Positions 37,861-51,242 of a stretch of DNA of 64,000 bases are shown piece after piece. Source of the stretch: Octopus vulgaris (taxonomy: Eukaryota); the NCBI GenBank assembly GCA_951406725.2, contig OX597823.1:46004001-46068000 (forward strand). The letters are read 5' to 3'. Position 1 is the first letter of the stretch. Every line of letters starts with the position of its first letter. The notes beneath the pieces were generated by a model. It was not told the origin of the DNA. It searched no databases and saw nothing but the letters and a program-made list of their open reading frames with translations. Both the position numbers and the translations under genes were made by a program.

Positions 37861-40800
37861 CTCGAGTTATATTCAATATATCTGTGTGCGTGTGTGTGTG
37901 TACGTGTGTTATCTCTCCTTCTGTCTGTCTTTCTCTCTCTCTCAATATATATATATATATACACATACATATAAACTAGAAGGAAAACAGCAGCACTGAG
38001 CAAAAGTTAATTAACTAGTCAATAAACAATGTTACATCCTGCTATATCGAAGATATAATATATGCTTTCTCTACTTGTGAGAAAATAGAAAATTCATGTG
38101 AAATTGTTTAATGCTTTCAACAAATCGTGGGGTTACAGTGATATGTAAGTATGTGAATGAAATTATAAAAGCAGTACTCATTCCAATAAAGCCCTAATCC
38201 GGAAACAGACCTAAAGTAACAGCATAACATATATTTATTTCCACGAGTAATACCTAAATTGATGTGTGATACAGGAGTCATCAAATTTGTGATCTGTTTG
38301 TTAAATGAGAAATGAAAATTTTATGAGCCATAGTCCCGCCTAAACAATGGACCTCAACCGACTCGAAGTAACAAACAAAGAAAATTTAAAAATCTTAATT
38401 GTGAATAAATAAATGGACTCTGATTAGTTTATTGAGTGCTTTCTTGCCTGCAGAGCTAAAGATAAACATGCGTCCTTATTCCAGTCACCTCCACATATAT
38501 TTGCATAATGCAACTTCCTTTTATTTCCATCTTTTTAGCGCCTAATCCATTTTTATTCACTCGTCATCATTCTTCAATATTGTGCGAATATAAAAATAAA
38601 TATGTACGTTTAGTTGTGTCTCCTAGCTAATAATCAAACGACTAAATGCGTAAGTAGCTATGTTTGCTAATGAAAGTGTGCGTGTTCTGGAGTTTAAGTG
38701 CATGCGTGTGTGTCTGCTTACTTGAATATTGTGTGCATATGTATGTACATGTGTGCGTTTGTATGTGCTTGTGTGTATGTGTATGTCTGTCTGTCTATGT
38801 ATACCTGACGTATGTAATTATGTTTAGCTGTGCCTCTCACAGTGAATTTGTATGTGTGTGCATTTAATGATGAATGTGAAAAGGAACACGACTTAAGATT
38901 TGAAATACACATAAGTAAAAAAAACAAATCCATTTCGGTCATGTTTCATCTGAATTTTTCCTTTTCTTCTTCCTGCCTTTCTTATCATTCCATCTTGATT
39001 AGTTTAACTTACTTTTTATTTTCTGTAATTGTGGACTTATTAACTGATTTTCACTCATGATTTTATTTTGTGTTTCATCGAGGATTAATATTCTTTATTA
39101 TTAATATCAATATTATTACTTTATTATTATTTCAAGTTCCTTTTCATCAAAACTTCAGTACAACAGAACAGGCAGAAATGAAATAAAATAAAATATACTG
39201 TAAATAAAACGTGAGCTAACTTCTGAAAGATTATGTTCTTAAGAATGACTCTTTAAACTATAGCAATGTCATTCCTTCTGTTAGATAAACTGTAATGTGT
39301 TATCATGGTTATCTGGTTCTCGAAACATAGAAGGAAAATATATATAAACAATAAAAACAAATACAGCAGATGTAACCACAAAATTTCCAACGATAAGAGA
39401 AACATAATATATTTTCGAAATAAATAGATAATTAATCCACTGAATTAGAATAGTGCTGAAAACTCAGATAAAATATCAATCGCTGAAACGTCAGAAAAGT
39501 ATATCTTAAATAATAAATATCAAATCAATAAAGATATGGGACGATGTAATAATTAGATAGATAAAATGTCTGTTACTTATCTGCTTGTAAAGCAGGTAAG
39601 TAGAAAGAGAGTGTGCGAAGAGATTGACTCGTTGGCTCGGAGTCTAAGTGAACAATGTGAGGCTTACAGAGCAGCGACAGAATCCTATTCTGAGGTGATA
39701 AATATAAAAAAGAAATTAAATAACACAATATGATTATTATAGAGATGGTTTTAAAAAACAATTACCATGAAAAGTTTTTACATTGGCTCATCTAGGGAAG
39801 TGAGTATTTACGCCTTCGTATCAAACGTTCTACTTGGTGAAGTGCAGTGACATGTTTATGAGATGTGAGGATAGGTGATTACATGTTATTAATACTAATT
39901 TAATAGACTTCAAGTAGACATGATACTCGATCATATATATTTTAATCAAGTTATTCATTGTCAGATATTCAGCTCATCCGTTAAATAAAACATTGTGTAT
40001 CAAGGCAATAGGCAACTTTAAAGATCTAGCAGAGAAAACAAACAACTAATAGTTCGCTTTACCTACTGCCCTAATGATCTTTCGTAATTCTCTCCCTAAA
40101 AATACGACCTTTTCTTTTCACAAAGAAAAAATAACTATACTTATATGTAAATGAAAGACGTCAATATGGCTGTGTAATGTATAAAGTCAGGGCCAGAGCT
40201 TCAAATAAATAATACGCTCAATAATTAAATGAAAGTGTATCATATCCTACCGCTGATACCGTAACATGGATATAGAGCATTACCTCAGAATAGGCTAACA
40301 AAACTTCACCACTACATTTACCCGAGCGTTGAAAAGTTGATAGTTTTCTAGTTTATGTGGTGAGTTGTTTAGCGTCTCCCGTAAATATAAGTCGGTGAGT
40401 TTCTTTAAAACCAAACGTCCCTAACATAACTTACAAGTTCAACAATAAATAAAGTGGTGATCAAGAATGTTTAATTGAGGAACTTTAAGGAATATTATCC
40501 TACAGACATTTATTAAAAATATTACATTGTAATTAAAAAGAATTCGCTTTCACAATCTCCAGTCCTTGTTGCAAGGCGATAGCTTTTGTGCCTGAATTAC
40601 TCTGGTAGGGCCTTCCATGCTGTGCAGACCAAAGGAAAGAAGCCAGACGAATATGGACTACCTCTTCTCAGGGGTAAATAAATGGGCTTCCGTAGGGCCA
40701 AGATCTCTGCCTAGAAAAAAGAGAAGTTACAGGAGTATAGATGTCAATAGAAAACCAACGAAAAGACCTGGGAGAGGGATAGTCCAGAGTCGAGATGGCA

Positions 40801-42333
40801 AATGCCCCATAGGAAACGAATTCGGCGACTAGTGGGAAATCGGATAACGACTGAAAAAGGGCACCTCATTCTCTAACTCTCGCCCTTATGTCTCTAGCAG
40901 GAAGTTCGGAACTCTTGAAAAAACGAATGAAATACGGCGATATTCATAGTGTTGGAGTGTTGCAGTTTTTGTGTCTGGCATAAGCTAAAAGAAACTACGT
41001 TGCGCTATTTTTTAAAGTTTTAAATATTTAATATGAAATTGGTAACAGAGAATTGTATTTAAAATGTTAACTGAAATGTTGATGACAGTTATAATGATGA
41101 GTGTTTGTATGCTGTAAAATTTCTAATGTAAAACAAGGTGTGTTGTTCCAAAAATTATCCCTACAGCGTCTTAAATCTGACGTTGCTTCTTTTAAAATTA
41201 AAATAATAATCATAATCGCCTTCCAATACTTTAGACTCTATCAAAATATATGTGATAGCCCTTCATGCATAAATTCTACCGACACGAAGATTTTTTGATG
41301 TCGTACATCGAATGAAGGATTCAGTTCAGAAAAAAAAAAAATATATATGTAACTTTGAGCTTTTCTGTGCTATTGATTCTTTTCTGTTTCGTACTCAATT
41401 CAACTCCCTTTTATAGTGTTTTTGCGGAATTTATTTAATGTTTGCTCATGCGTGTCTGCAGATCTGATAAATTAGAATGGTGGAATTGACGATTCCTTCA
41501 GATTATCGACCATCTGTTGAAGTATATTCAATATCACAACAAACTTGCTAATACAGTATATTTCATAAAGGACAAGTTAAGCATATATTTTGAAGGTTCG
41601 ACTTTAAAAAAGTTATTTTTTTCTCCTAATACTTTTGTGTTTCCCTATACTTTATAGGCTAATTTTGTTTCCGTCATTACTATTATCTGGACGATGACGG
41701 ACGGCAAGCTCGTAGTGTCGTTTAAATACTAGATAAAATATGTTGCGTTACTTGTTCCGAATCTTTTCGTTCCAGTTCTTTTCCGCTTATCTTTAAGAAA
41801 ATATTGACTATACAAAACACTACATTGAGGTGTATCGACCTAAATAACAGGAACGTACTACACAGGAACGTACTACACAATATATTCATCGTCAAATTTA
41901 ATTAAATCAGAAAACATATTCTTCACACATTTCACACAAATTAAGTCTGATGAAGGATTTCGAGAAGACAATGAATATTAATAGTGAGGATTTCAAATAG
42001 ATAATGGGGACAAGTTCAAAGGCTACAAACTGAAACTAAAACTAAAAGAAAATGTATTTTTTGGACCGAGATTAAAAATCATTAATGTTAGTTGGTTTGT
42101 TTAAAGGAAAATAAACAATCATGAACGGTGAGATACTTTAAAAGAATTCCTTCTGATTTGATTTTATTTGTTTATTTATTTTTTGCAACGTTCAAGCGAA
42201 TTCGGCGAGTTGGTATTGGACAATCAGATAACCTGCCATCTTGCGTTTTGTAGTGGAAACATTGAATTTACCACACGCCATATCATAGAAGTATCAGAAA
42301 TGAATAATAAGTATACTATCTAGAAATATTTGT

Positions 42334-42546
42334 TTCAAATTTTGGCACAAGGCCAGATATTTCGGGACGTGGGAAGTAAGTCGATTATTTCGACTCCAGT
42401 TGAGCACTAGCACTTATTTTATTGACCCCGAAAGGATGAAAGACAAAGTCGACCTCGGCAGGATTTGAGCTCAGAACATAAAGACGGATGAAACAGCGCA
42501 AAGCATTCTGCCCAATGTGCTGACGATTCTGCCAGCTCACCGCTTT
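42334..42546 (-). mobile_element. Family B SINE
   Basis: GACCCCGAAAGGATGAAAG.CAAAGTCGACCTCGGC...CTGCCAGCTCACCGC. Confidence 0.8.
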
Positions 42547-44250
42547 ATACCGCCTCAAAATATTACGCTATATACACCAGGTTTGTATTATTTGATCGTC
42601 TCTCATTTGCTTATATAAAACTAGAATCAACACTGCTTCTAGCACCTTTTTAAAGGAACATTTGCATCTAGATTTGCATAAGTGGAAGATTTTCGTTGTA
42701 TTCTGTAAAAAAAAAAGGATTGTATTTTCGGCACACACCACCACCACTACCACCATATACAAACACAGGCTTATACATGTACACATGTATCTCTCCCCCC
42801 ATTCTCCCTCTCTCTGTTTTGCTCTCTTTCCCTCTCAATGTCTTTTCTTATATGAGAAATACAATGAACTTTATAAAAGAGGTGACCACCACAAAATATG
42901 ATTAATATAGTGCGATGCTAAGTAAGAAACGATAAAAATACAATGCTAAAATACTGATTTTCCTTAAATTATGTTTAAAAATCTTCAAAGACAAAAAACA
43001 GAATCCTTTATTTTAAGCAATTTAGAATAGACTGCTTCCATATGTACATCATAATTATCTCTGTTACGCTTTGTGAAGAAGGTGTTAATGTTTCGTTTTC
43101 TACTATAACTGTGGTAATAGCATTCTACCTTTCCTATCCAAAGCATTTAAAAAGTTCTTTGCACGTTTTCATTTGTTCGGTTTATCTGCTTCGAGTTTCT
43201 CTTTTCTAGAACAGAATTATTTCACATTCTCTCGAAGTTTCTAAATTCTTATGATATCAACAACATACAAATTCTCGCTTGTAAGACTAAAGTATCTAAA
43301 ATGGATAAAGAAATTATTTTGTCCAATAGTAGAACATCTGTCATGTACACAAGAGATGTGGGTTCGTGTCCAACGAGCAGACTTCCTTTTTTTTCTATCC
43401 AAACTGAATGTTTATAAGCTATCATTTATAGCTTTATCTGCTTCGAGTTTCACCGTTACAAACGAATTATTTCATAATAAAAGCTTTACAGCAGATACGT
43501 TCATTTTCACAGGATATTTTAGCTATATCTTTAAAATATATAACTAAAATATCCTGCGAAATATCCATATTTCGCTTAAAATGCCATAAATATGATTCGG
43601 TGTATCAAATGTAGTCGAGATGTTTTCGTAGATTACACATAGCGATTGTAGGCGTTTTACTACATATATTAATGCAATGGCGAATAAACTATAAAGATTC
43701 TTTATATTAAGGGTATAATGATCAAATATAAAGTGTATGGTTAACGAAATACTATAAAAATAATACCAAATTTATCATTGGAGAATAAAATTATATTTTA
43801 TTGACTAATTGATTTGTTTCTAATTTCTTTCGATATATAAACTATACTATGAAATGAGCTTATTGATATTTAACTCAACAGAAACATGTGCAAGACATAA
43901 TTTATAACCATAGACCTATATTTATATTACACCAGAACAAGCCGTCCAAGACAACGATATTTATATTCCGGTGGGAGAAAGCTCTTTGGTAAAACTGTAA
44001 TGTAATAGCAGTTAATATGTAAGATGAAGCAGCCACATTAGCATCGTCATGTCCATAGGTGTCAGTGCCACTGTCAATTTCGCCATTACTGCCATTATCT
44101 CTGCCGTCTCTTTATTTCGGCCGTCGCTGCCACCGCTGCCACCGGTCTGTAACTCTGTCGTATCTACCACCTCTACCGTCACCGCCACCGACGCCGCTAC
44201 CGCTGACGTTGCCGACGTTGCCGCCGTTGCTGCCGTTTCTACCGCAGTTT

Positions 44251-44975
44251 CCTAGTATTTATTCTATCGGTCATTTATTTTTTGCCGAACAACTAAGTTA
44301 CGGGGACGTAAACGCACCAACATCGGTTGTCAAGTGATGGGGGAGGGACACAAACACTCACACAGAAACACACACACATACACACACATATATACGACGA
44401 GCCTTTTTCAGTTTCCGTTTACCAAATCCACTCACAAGGCTTTGGTCGACCCGAGGCTATAGTAGAAGGCATCTGCCCAAGGTGCCACACAGAGGGACTG
44501 AACCCGGAACCATGTGGTTGGTGAGCAAGCTTCTTACCACACAGCCACTCTTGCGCCGATATATATACTCTTTTTTCTTTATTTTTTACTCATTTGACTG
44601 CGGCCATGCTAGAGCACCGCCTTTAGTCGAGCAAATCGACCCCGGGACTTATTCTTTGTAAGCCCAGTACTTATTCTATCGGTCTCTTTTGCCGAACCGC
44701 TAAGTAACGGGGACAAAAACACACCAGCATCGGTTGTCAAGCAAAGCTAGGGGGACAACACAGGTACACAAACACACATACATGCACATATATATATATA
44801 TATATATATATATGCATATATACGACAGGCTTCTTTCAGTTTCCGTCTACCAAATCCACTCACAAGGCAGTGGTCGGCCCGGGGCTATAGCAGAAGACAC
44901 TTGCCCAAGATGCCACACAGTGGGACTGAACCCGGAACCATGTGGTTGGTTAGCAAGCTACTTACCACACAGCCA
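44251..44975 (-). mobile_element. Two tandem family A SINEs (44251-44557 and 44568-44975; the second head resumes at 45462-45495)
   Basis: Both match 29221-29633. Confidence 0.88.
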
Positions 44976-44992
44976 TATATATATACAACAGT

Positions 44993-45239
44993 ACCGTTCT
45001 ATATTTAAGAGATGAGGAATTATGTACATTATTTACATTATTTACATTTGACAGCTATTTGTCCTCATCTTGTTTGTTGTTAACACAACGTTTCGGCTAA
45101 TAGACCCTCCATCCGTCATCACGTGTCTTGGGGATATCTGCATGGTCATATGGCGTAGTGGTTAAGAGCACGGGCTACCAACCACAAAATTCCGAGTTCG
45201 GTTCCAGGCAGTAACCTGAATAATAATAATAATAATAAC

Positions 45240-45284
<45 letters not shown>

Positions 45285-45446
45285 TACAACAACAACAACA
45301 ACAACATCGAAAAAATATCCTAGGAATGAGAACCTAGGTTCGAAATCTCCAGAAAAGACTTGATGAAAGCTGGAGGGTATATCAGCCGAAATGTTATGTT
45401 AACAACAAACAAGATGAGGACAAATATCCGTCAAATGTAAATAATG
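44993..45446. mobile_element. tRNA-headed hammerhead element with inverted partial copy and 13-bp TSD
   Basis: TSD TATATACAACAGT at 44980-44992 and 45447-45459. Minus copy 44993-45135; plus copy 45144-45446 with A box 45151-45161 and B box 45194-45205. Confidence 0.85.
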
Positions 45447-46909
45447 TATATACAACAGTTTGCAAGCTACTTACCACACAGCCACTCCTGCGCCTATATA
45501 TACATATAAGAATGATTCCCATCAATGAGCAAATGACTCATTTAATTGATACTAATGCCAATTTTCGTATATTTAGATAGGTCATTTGGGTGGATGATGC
45601 AAAAAATAAAATGAATGAATAAATAAATAAATGAATATATAATTAAAAGTAAACGGCTGATTAATCATTAGTGAAAACAACTCTACTGTTGTATCAAAAC
45701 TGTTTAAAAGCAGGTGTGGGTAACTGTAATCGCAGATCAAAACAATAATAGAATATACACCATACGCGGAATAATAAAAAACATTATTTAGAAAGAAACA
45801 AATTATCGTTTAAAATAAATATCCGCAGGTGTGAACCGCAAGACATTTTAAGATGAATAAATATCTTAAGACTAATGAGTACTGTTAAAAGATTAAAAAA
45901 AAAATCAACAGAAAGAATACCTAAGTGTTCTTAATAAGAACGGAGAAGTGATATAAAAGTGATAAAATCCCACTGGTAGAAATGTCAAATTGCTGAATAA
46001 AGTATAAGATTATTATCGATGTAAAATACTCATGTATTTAGCTGACGCGAGGGGTTAATTGAATATAAAGTGTGAAGCAACGTATTAACACACAAAATGA
46101 AAGCAAAAATGAAATACACATACCAAAAAGAAAAAAAGAAAGAGGAAAGAGCAAATGAGAACTCAAACTTTTAGCAATAATCTATTTATAAAACAAAGCA
46201 AAGTATTTTTCAGGGGTCAATTCACATCTGACAAAATTGGCGTTGTGCCTAGTTTTGCCAATTAATCAATTTTTATGTAGTTATTTGTGTATCTCGGGGT
46301 TATCTGGGGTTAACCGAAACAGATATGCCTTGATACATGAATATTACTATATATATATATATAAATAAATGCATCTCTGTATAAACATTTAGCTATACAA
46401 AGACGAACACACGCGCGCACACACACACACACATATGTAATTCGTTCAATCGACACATATGATAGATAGATGTAGAATAAATTCTCAGACAGTGACTTGT
46501 CTTACAATGAAATGTACAATTCTGGAAATTCTTGAATAATTGCTACACGTTCACTGCTAAAGATATCAATAAATATACATACATGTATAATTATTGACAT
46601 TTGCACATATAATTATAGACCATCATAGTAATTGGGTCTCTGGATTATTCCGAAACACAATATGCCAAAGACGTATTGGCATAATTTTCTGAGAAATACC
46701 AAATATATTACGCTCGCAGATAGTTTTTCTTTAGAGTTGAGTAAAATGGCAAGGCTAGTAGGATATGTGATGATGTTGGTGTTCATCAGAAACTTTCCTG
46801 ATTAATGTTTAGCTGAAAGATGTGATGATGTGATCTTGGAGAAAGATCCCCTAAGCGGTAAATTTTAGATCTTTATTAGGACAAGGAGGAGAGACATAGT
46901 AAGCATATT

Positions 46910-47138
46910 TTATCCTTTATCTTCTACTTGTTTCAGTCATTAGACTGCTGTCATTTTGGGGCACCACCATGAAGAACTTTTAGTCGATTGGATCAGCCTC
47001 AGTACTTTTGTTGTTGAGTCTGATACGTATCTATCGGTCTCTGCTGCAGAAACGCTAAGTTACGAGAAAGTAATGACAACAACACCGGTTGCCAAGCACG
47101 CACACACACAGACACACGCATAGACACACACGAACATG

Positions 47139-47188
<50 letters not shown>

Positions 47189-47393
47189 TGTGTGTGTGTG
47201 TGTGTGAGTGTGTGTGTGTGTGTTTGTGTGTGTATTTATAATTGGCTTCTTTTAGCTTCCGTCTACCAAATCCACTCACAAAGCCTGAAGCAATAGTATA
47301 AAACACTGGCCCCCGAAGTGCCACACAGTGGTACTGAACCCGGAACCAGGTGGTTGGAAAGCAAACTTACTACCACAGGTCCACACCTGCCCC
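46910..47393 (-). mobile_element. Family A SINE, diverged
   Basis: CCGTCTACCAAATCCACTCAC...GAACCCGGAACCA motifs. Confidence 0.75.
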
Positions 47394-47699
47394 TAATACT
47401 CAAGAGTATGTAAATTTACCGAGAGAGATTGATCAGCTTTTAACATAATTTATTATCTCAAAGAAGAAGAGATTGTTATAGCAGATATAGAAGTGTGGTA
47501 AATGGGGGTGGCGTAAGCGTGAGAGAAACTAGAATACTTTTTATGGTTGGTGTTTATGGCAGTTGTTGGTGTAGTGAATTTTCTTGCGTGTGCTCTGCAC
47601 AGAGTGTCAGTTTGTTAGAGAATCAGCAGCTAATAGATTGCTTTGAAAATTTGTAGAAATCTGTCGCGATACGAGCGCAATTACAAATCAATAGTCAAC

Positions 47700-48750
47700 A
47701 CTCTCGATGGAAATTTTATAGAAGGTTCGAATTCATAACTTGCGATTACAGAGATCAAGTGCAGTGCTTATTGGTGTGCATTTGGGCCAATGCTAGCGAT
47801 ATACAGAAAAGTATACTCGCTAAACCAAAGGTACATTCACCTACATGCTCACTACCATCCACCTTGTATTTAACTATCCTTTGCTTTTCTGATGGGTTAC
47901 TCATCGTGGAGTAAGCGCACATGTGCTTGAAGAAATCGATGTGGAATCCACGAAGTTTTAAAATGTAGAGCTTTATGCATGTTAGTCGCATTTTATGGGT
48001 TTTGCTTGTTTGGAGCAGTGCAGAAGCGTTTTATTTTTGTTTATTCTAGTCGGTGTGTTTTTAGAATTTTCATATCATTTACTACAATTAAGAGACAACT
48101 AGCATGGCACATGCAATTTTCCTTTGCGTCTGTGGTAATTTGCATCATTGTTGCCTGTATTGCTGCAGGAAAACGGTTGATGTTGTTACTCCTCATACGT
48201 TCGGCTGTCGGTTGTGCTTCCACCAAAGCGAGATAGAAATTCGCAGTCTACGGCTATTTGATCCTTGTTCCTATACCTGTGCTTTTCAAATTATAATCAT
48301 TGTCTTTGATTGGTTTCTCTGTTGTTGAGCTCAAGAATGCAGTTCGTAATGAAATGTTTGCCTTCGCATATTGGGGTTTGTACAGGTGTCCAAGCTCTCT
48401 TCATCGTTTCAGCAGTGCTTTGGTTATTAGGTCTTCAGTCCTAGTGTTATTTGCTCGCAATAGAATCACCTTGTTTATCCTTTTATCTCGACACTTGCAG
48501 TTCTATAAATGCCGCAGTTGATATCGTCGGGAAGTTTCTGATGTGCTCTATTTCCTGTGCAGGATTTAGGTTGAGCGGCAATAGGCGAATTAAACGAGCT
48601 TGACGTTGGCGGAGAGATTTTATTACTTAAGTAGAAAAGCATGGCACAATCTGTTCTGTATTTCTTTGAATATTACGGTTCTGAGCATTCCCGTTTGCTG
48701 ACTAGTTATCAGAGGACACGTAAGTGGCTTCCTTCTCCAATTCATAGAAT
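47700..48750 (-). mobile_element. Possible highly degraded non-LTR retrotransposon fragment
   Basis: Coding-like composition, with only weak resemblance (ILFCISLALAQ..T.KH) to the zinc-knuckle/RHN region of RLE LINEs. Confidence 0.3.
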
Positions 48751-49547
48751 AGAATAGGAAAACATATTCTTTCTATTTTACACATATTAATAGCATAAAA
48801 TAATATTTTTACATTCATATTTTACTCATTCCAAGGTTTTATGATATTTACCATTTATTCCAGTTTTCATTTATGTTATGCTTTATACAAAACAGATATT
48901 GTTTAATTAATGTGGACCTGTCAATGCACAAATATGTAAATTAGATCATCCACAACGGACCAACGTAATTTGGTTTCAAATTTTGGCACAAAGCCAGCAA
49001 GTTCGCGAAAGGGAACAAGTTTATTACCAAGAACGTAAAGATGAAATGCCGCTAAGCATTTCATCCAGTGAGTTAACTATTCAACCACCTCACGGACTAA
49101 CCTAATTTAAGATTGCTTTATATAACAGCTATAATGCTCTGTACTGGGAAGGGTCTATGACTGGGAAAGAAGCTGGGTACTTCTCTCAGGAGTATGTCTG
49201 TATGTGTGTATGCGTACTTGAAAATTACAACCTCCCTGTTGTTGAGATATACAAGTAAAAACATCCTTTTTATGCTATATCAACATCATAGAAATATCTT
49301 TACATTCTCATTTCACCAATACTGAAACTTTCTAATACGCGCGCGCGCAAACACACACACTCACACTCGCACATATGTCATAGCGACAGAAATAGTATTA
49401 AAACATCCCCTCAAGGTAAATAGTGCAATATTCTGTGTTTTAATACAATCGCCACATTAATTTGGAGTTCAAAATTGCTTTATTCATACACACACACACA
49501 TGCATACATACATATATAAACATACATACATATATATATATACATAT

Positions 49548-49677
<130 letters not shown>

Positions 49678-50475
49678 GCATACATACACTTATATATGTA
49701 TATATATATATAATTTTCATTCGTTGAATAAATTGTTATCAAGAAATGGAAAGCATATCGTCCGCTAGGTTTTCCCGAATAATTTCCATAATAATGAGTA
49801 TATATAAGTGTGTGTTGGAATTTAGTGATTCCTTGTCATGTCAGAGGAAAGAGGAAAAGAGAAAATATTAATCGTTGGCTTTACCTTCAATAGCACTGTT
49901 TGGATATTTTCTTCCTAAGTAACATTTTACTCTTCTGTTCGGCTGTCTTGAATATTGACAAAAGACGACAGTTCGAAGCATCAATATTTCTTACTTTCCT
50001 TGCAAGTGCAATGAATTAAACTTACTACTCTTTTCTTTAATGCTTCCATTCCCTTCGGATGTGTTTGCTTAAGGCGATGATGCAGAAAAACCCAAGATTA
50101 TCATACTGAATTTATTATATATAATAAATAACTCTTTTCTGCATTTGTATTTTGTGAATTCAGATGTGGACATATAAAAACATATATGCATACACACATA
50201 CATACAAACATATACGCATATATATATATATATGTATATAGAATTATTACATATTCATTTCATGGCATACGTAAATTATTACATTTTCATGCGTGTACGC
50301 ACTGCGCACTCTTACAACTTTCGCACACTGGAAAAAGTACATACTCTCTCACAAGCGGTTGTATATAACGGTGAAAGTAAATTAAAATATCAACTGTGCC
50401 ACTAAAACCATTTATTTGATGGTTATTTATTTCTAATACAATCAGTATACACATTTCAGAATTAATCTTATTCTA

Positions 50476-51040
50476 TTGGATTGTCCGGGAAGTCCGTGCC
50501 GATTTTTAAAGGAAAGAAAAAGGTCAATAAATACTTGACATTACATTTTTAATCAACCAAATACGAACCATTTCGTTGCACAATGCATCTCCATCTTTCC
50601 TTTAACTTGAAAATACCCTCTTCCCAGAATTGAGGTGGTTTCATGGCAAAGAATTTATCAAGGTATCTTTTACGTCATCCAAGGAATTGAAATTTTTACC
50701 ATTAAGACTATTCTGCAGAGATCTGAACAAGTGGAAATCCGAAGGAGCAATATCTGGTGAATATGGAGGGTAGGGTAGCACATCCCTGCCGAGCTGCAGC
50801 AATTATAGTCTGGTCCCCAAAGCATCTAGTGCCGAAAATGAACTTTCTTATCTTCCATTTTAAAGGGTTACAGAATTAACACATGTTATAGGAACATAAA
50901 CCTTCTTCCACAAAAAGATAGCTTAAACTGTGCTCTAAATGAAGGTGTAGTCAAATCCTATTTTATGGACTCAACCATGTTCTAAAATAAGTCGAAATGT
51001 AAGCTGCTATAAATCGGCACGAACTTTCCGGACAATCCAA
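50476..51040 (-). mobile_element. Internally deleted mariner with intact ~30-bp TIRs and TA TSD
   Basis: TA|TTGGATTGTCCGGGAAGTCCGTGCCGATTT...AAATCGGCACGAACTTTCCGGACAATCCAA|TA. Minus: MEDKKVHFRH joined to PPYSPDIAPSDFHLFRSL...RWRCIVQRNGSYLVD*. Confidence 0.93.
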
Positions 51041-51161
51041 TAATTACAGGAGGAGCTCCTGGATTTCATCGCCCACATATATACTTTCTCATTGGTAATG
51101 TTTTTTTGTGTATATGCTTAAATGTATTCGTTTTCGTAAATAAATTACACTTCCTATTTGA

Positions 51162-51242
51162 GGCTCCGATGAAGCTATAAGGTGTCACTTTAGCTTTCAA
51201 CTACGAATCGACTGCATCTTAAAGAGGAAACAGCTGTAAGCT
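51162..51242 (+). ncRNA. Degenerate hammerhead motif
   Basis: GGCT-CCGATGA...GAAACAGCTGTA-AGCT: stem I, palindromic stem III and GUA are present. The core has U4C and stem II is decayed. Confidence 0.55.

Noticed and set aside
40560-40960. 71-aa ORF in a purine-rich block
   Set aside because: No recognisable motif. It is more likely a decayed LINE 5' region, but I cannot support a call.
41944-42045. CTGATGA...GAAAC possible hammerhead
   Set aside because: Stems I-III cannot be formed.
45144-45217. Functional tRNA gene
   Set aside because: The cloverleaf stems are imperfect, there is no oligo-T terminator, and it is embedded in a dispersed repeat. I treat it as a tRNA-derived head.
50440-51078. 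Possible minus-strand HHR split by the mariner (gCGATGA...GAAATGTGTA)
   Set aside because: It needs several assumed substitutions and is too degenerate to support.
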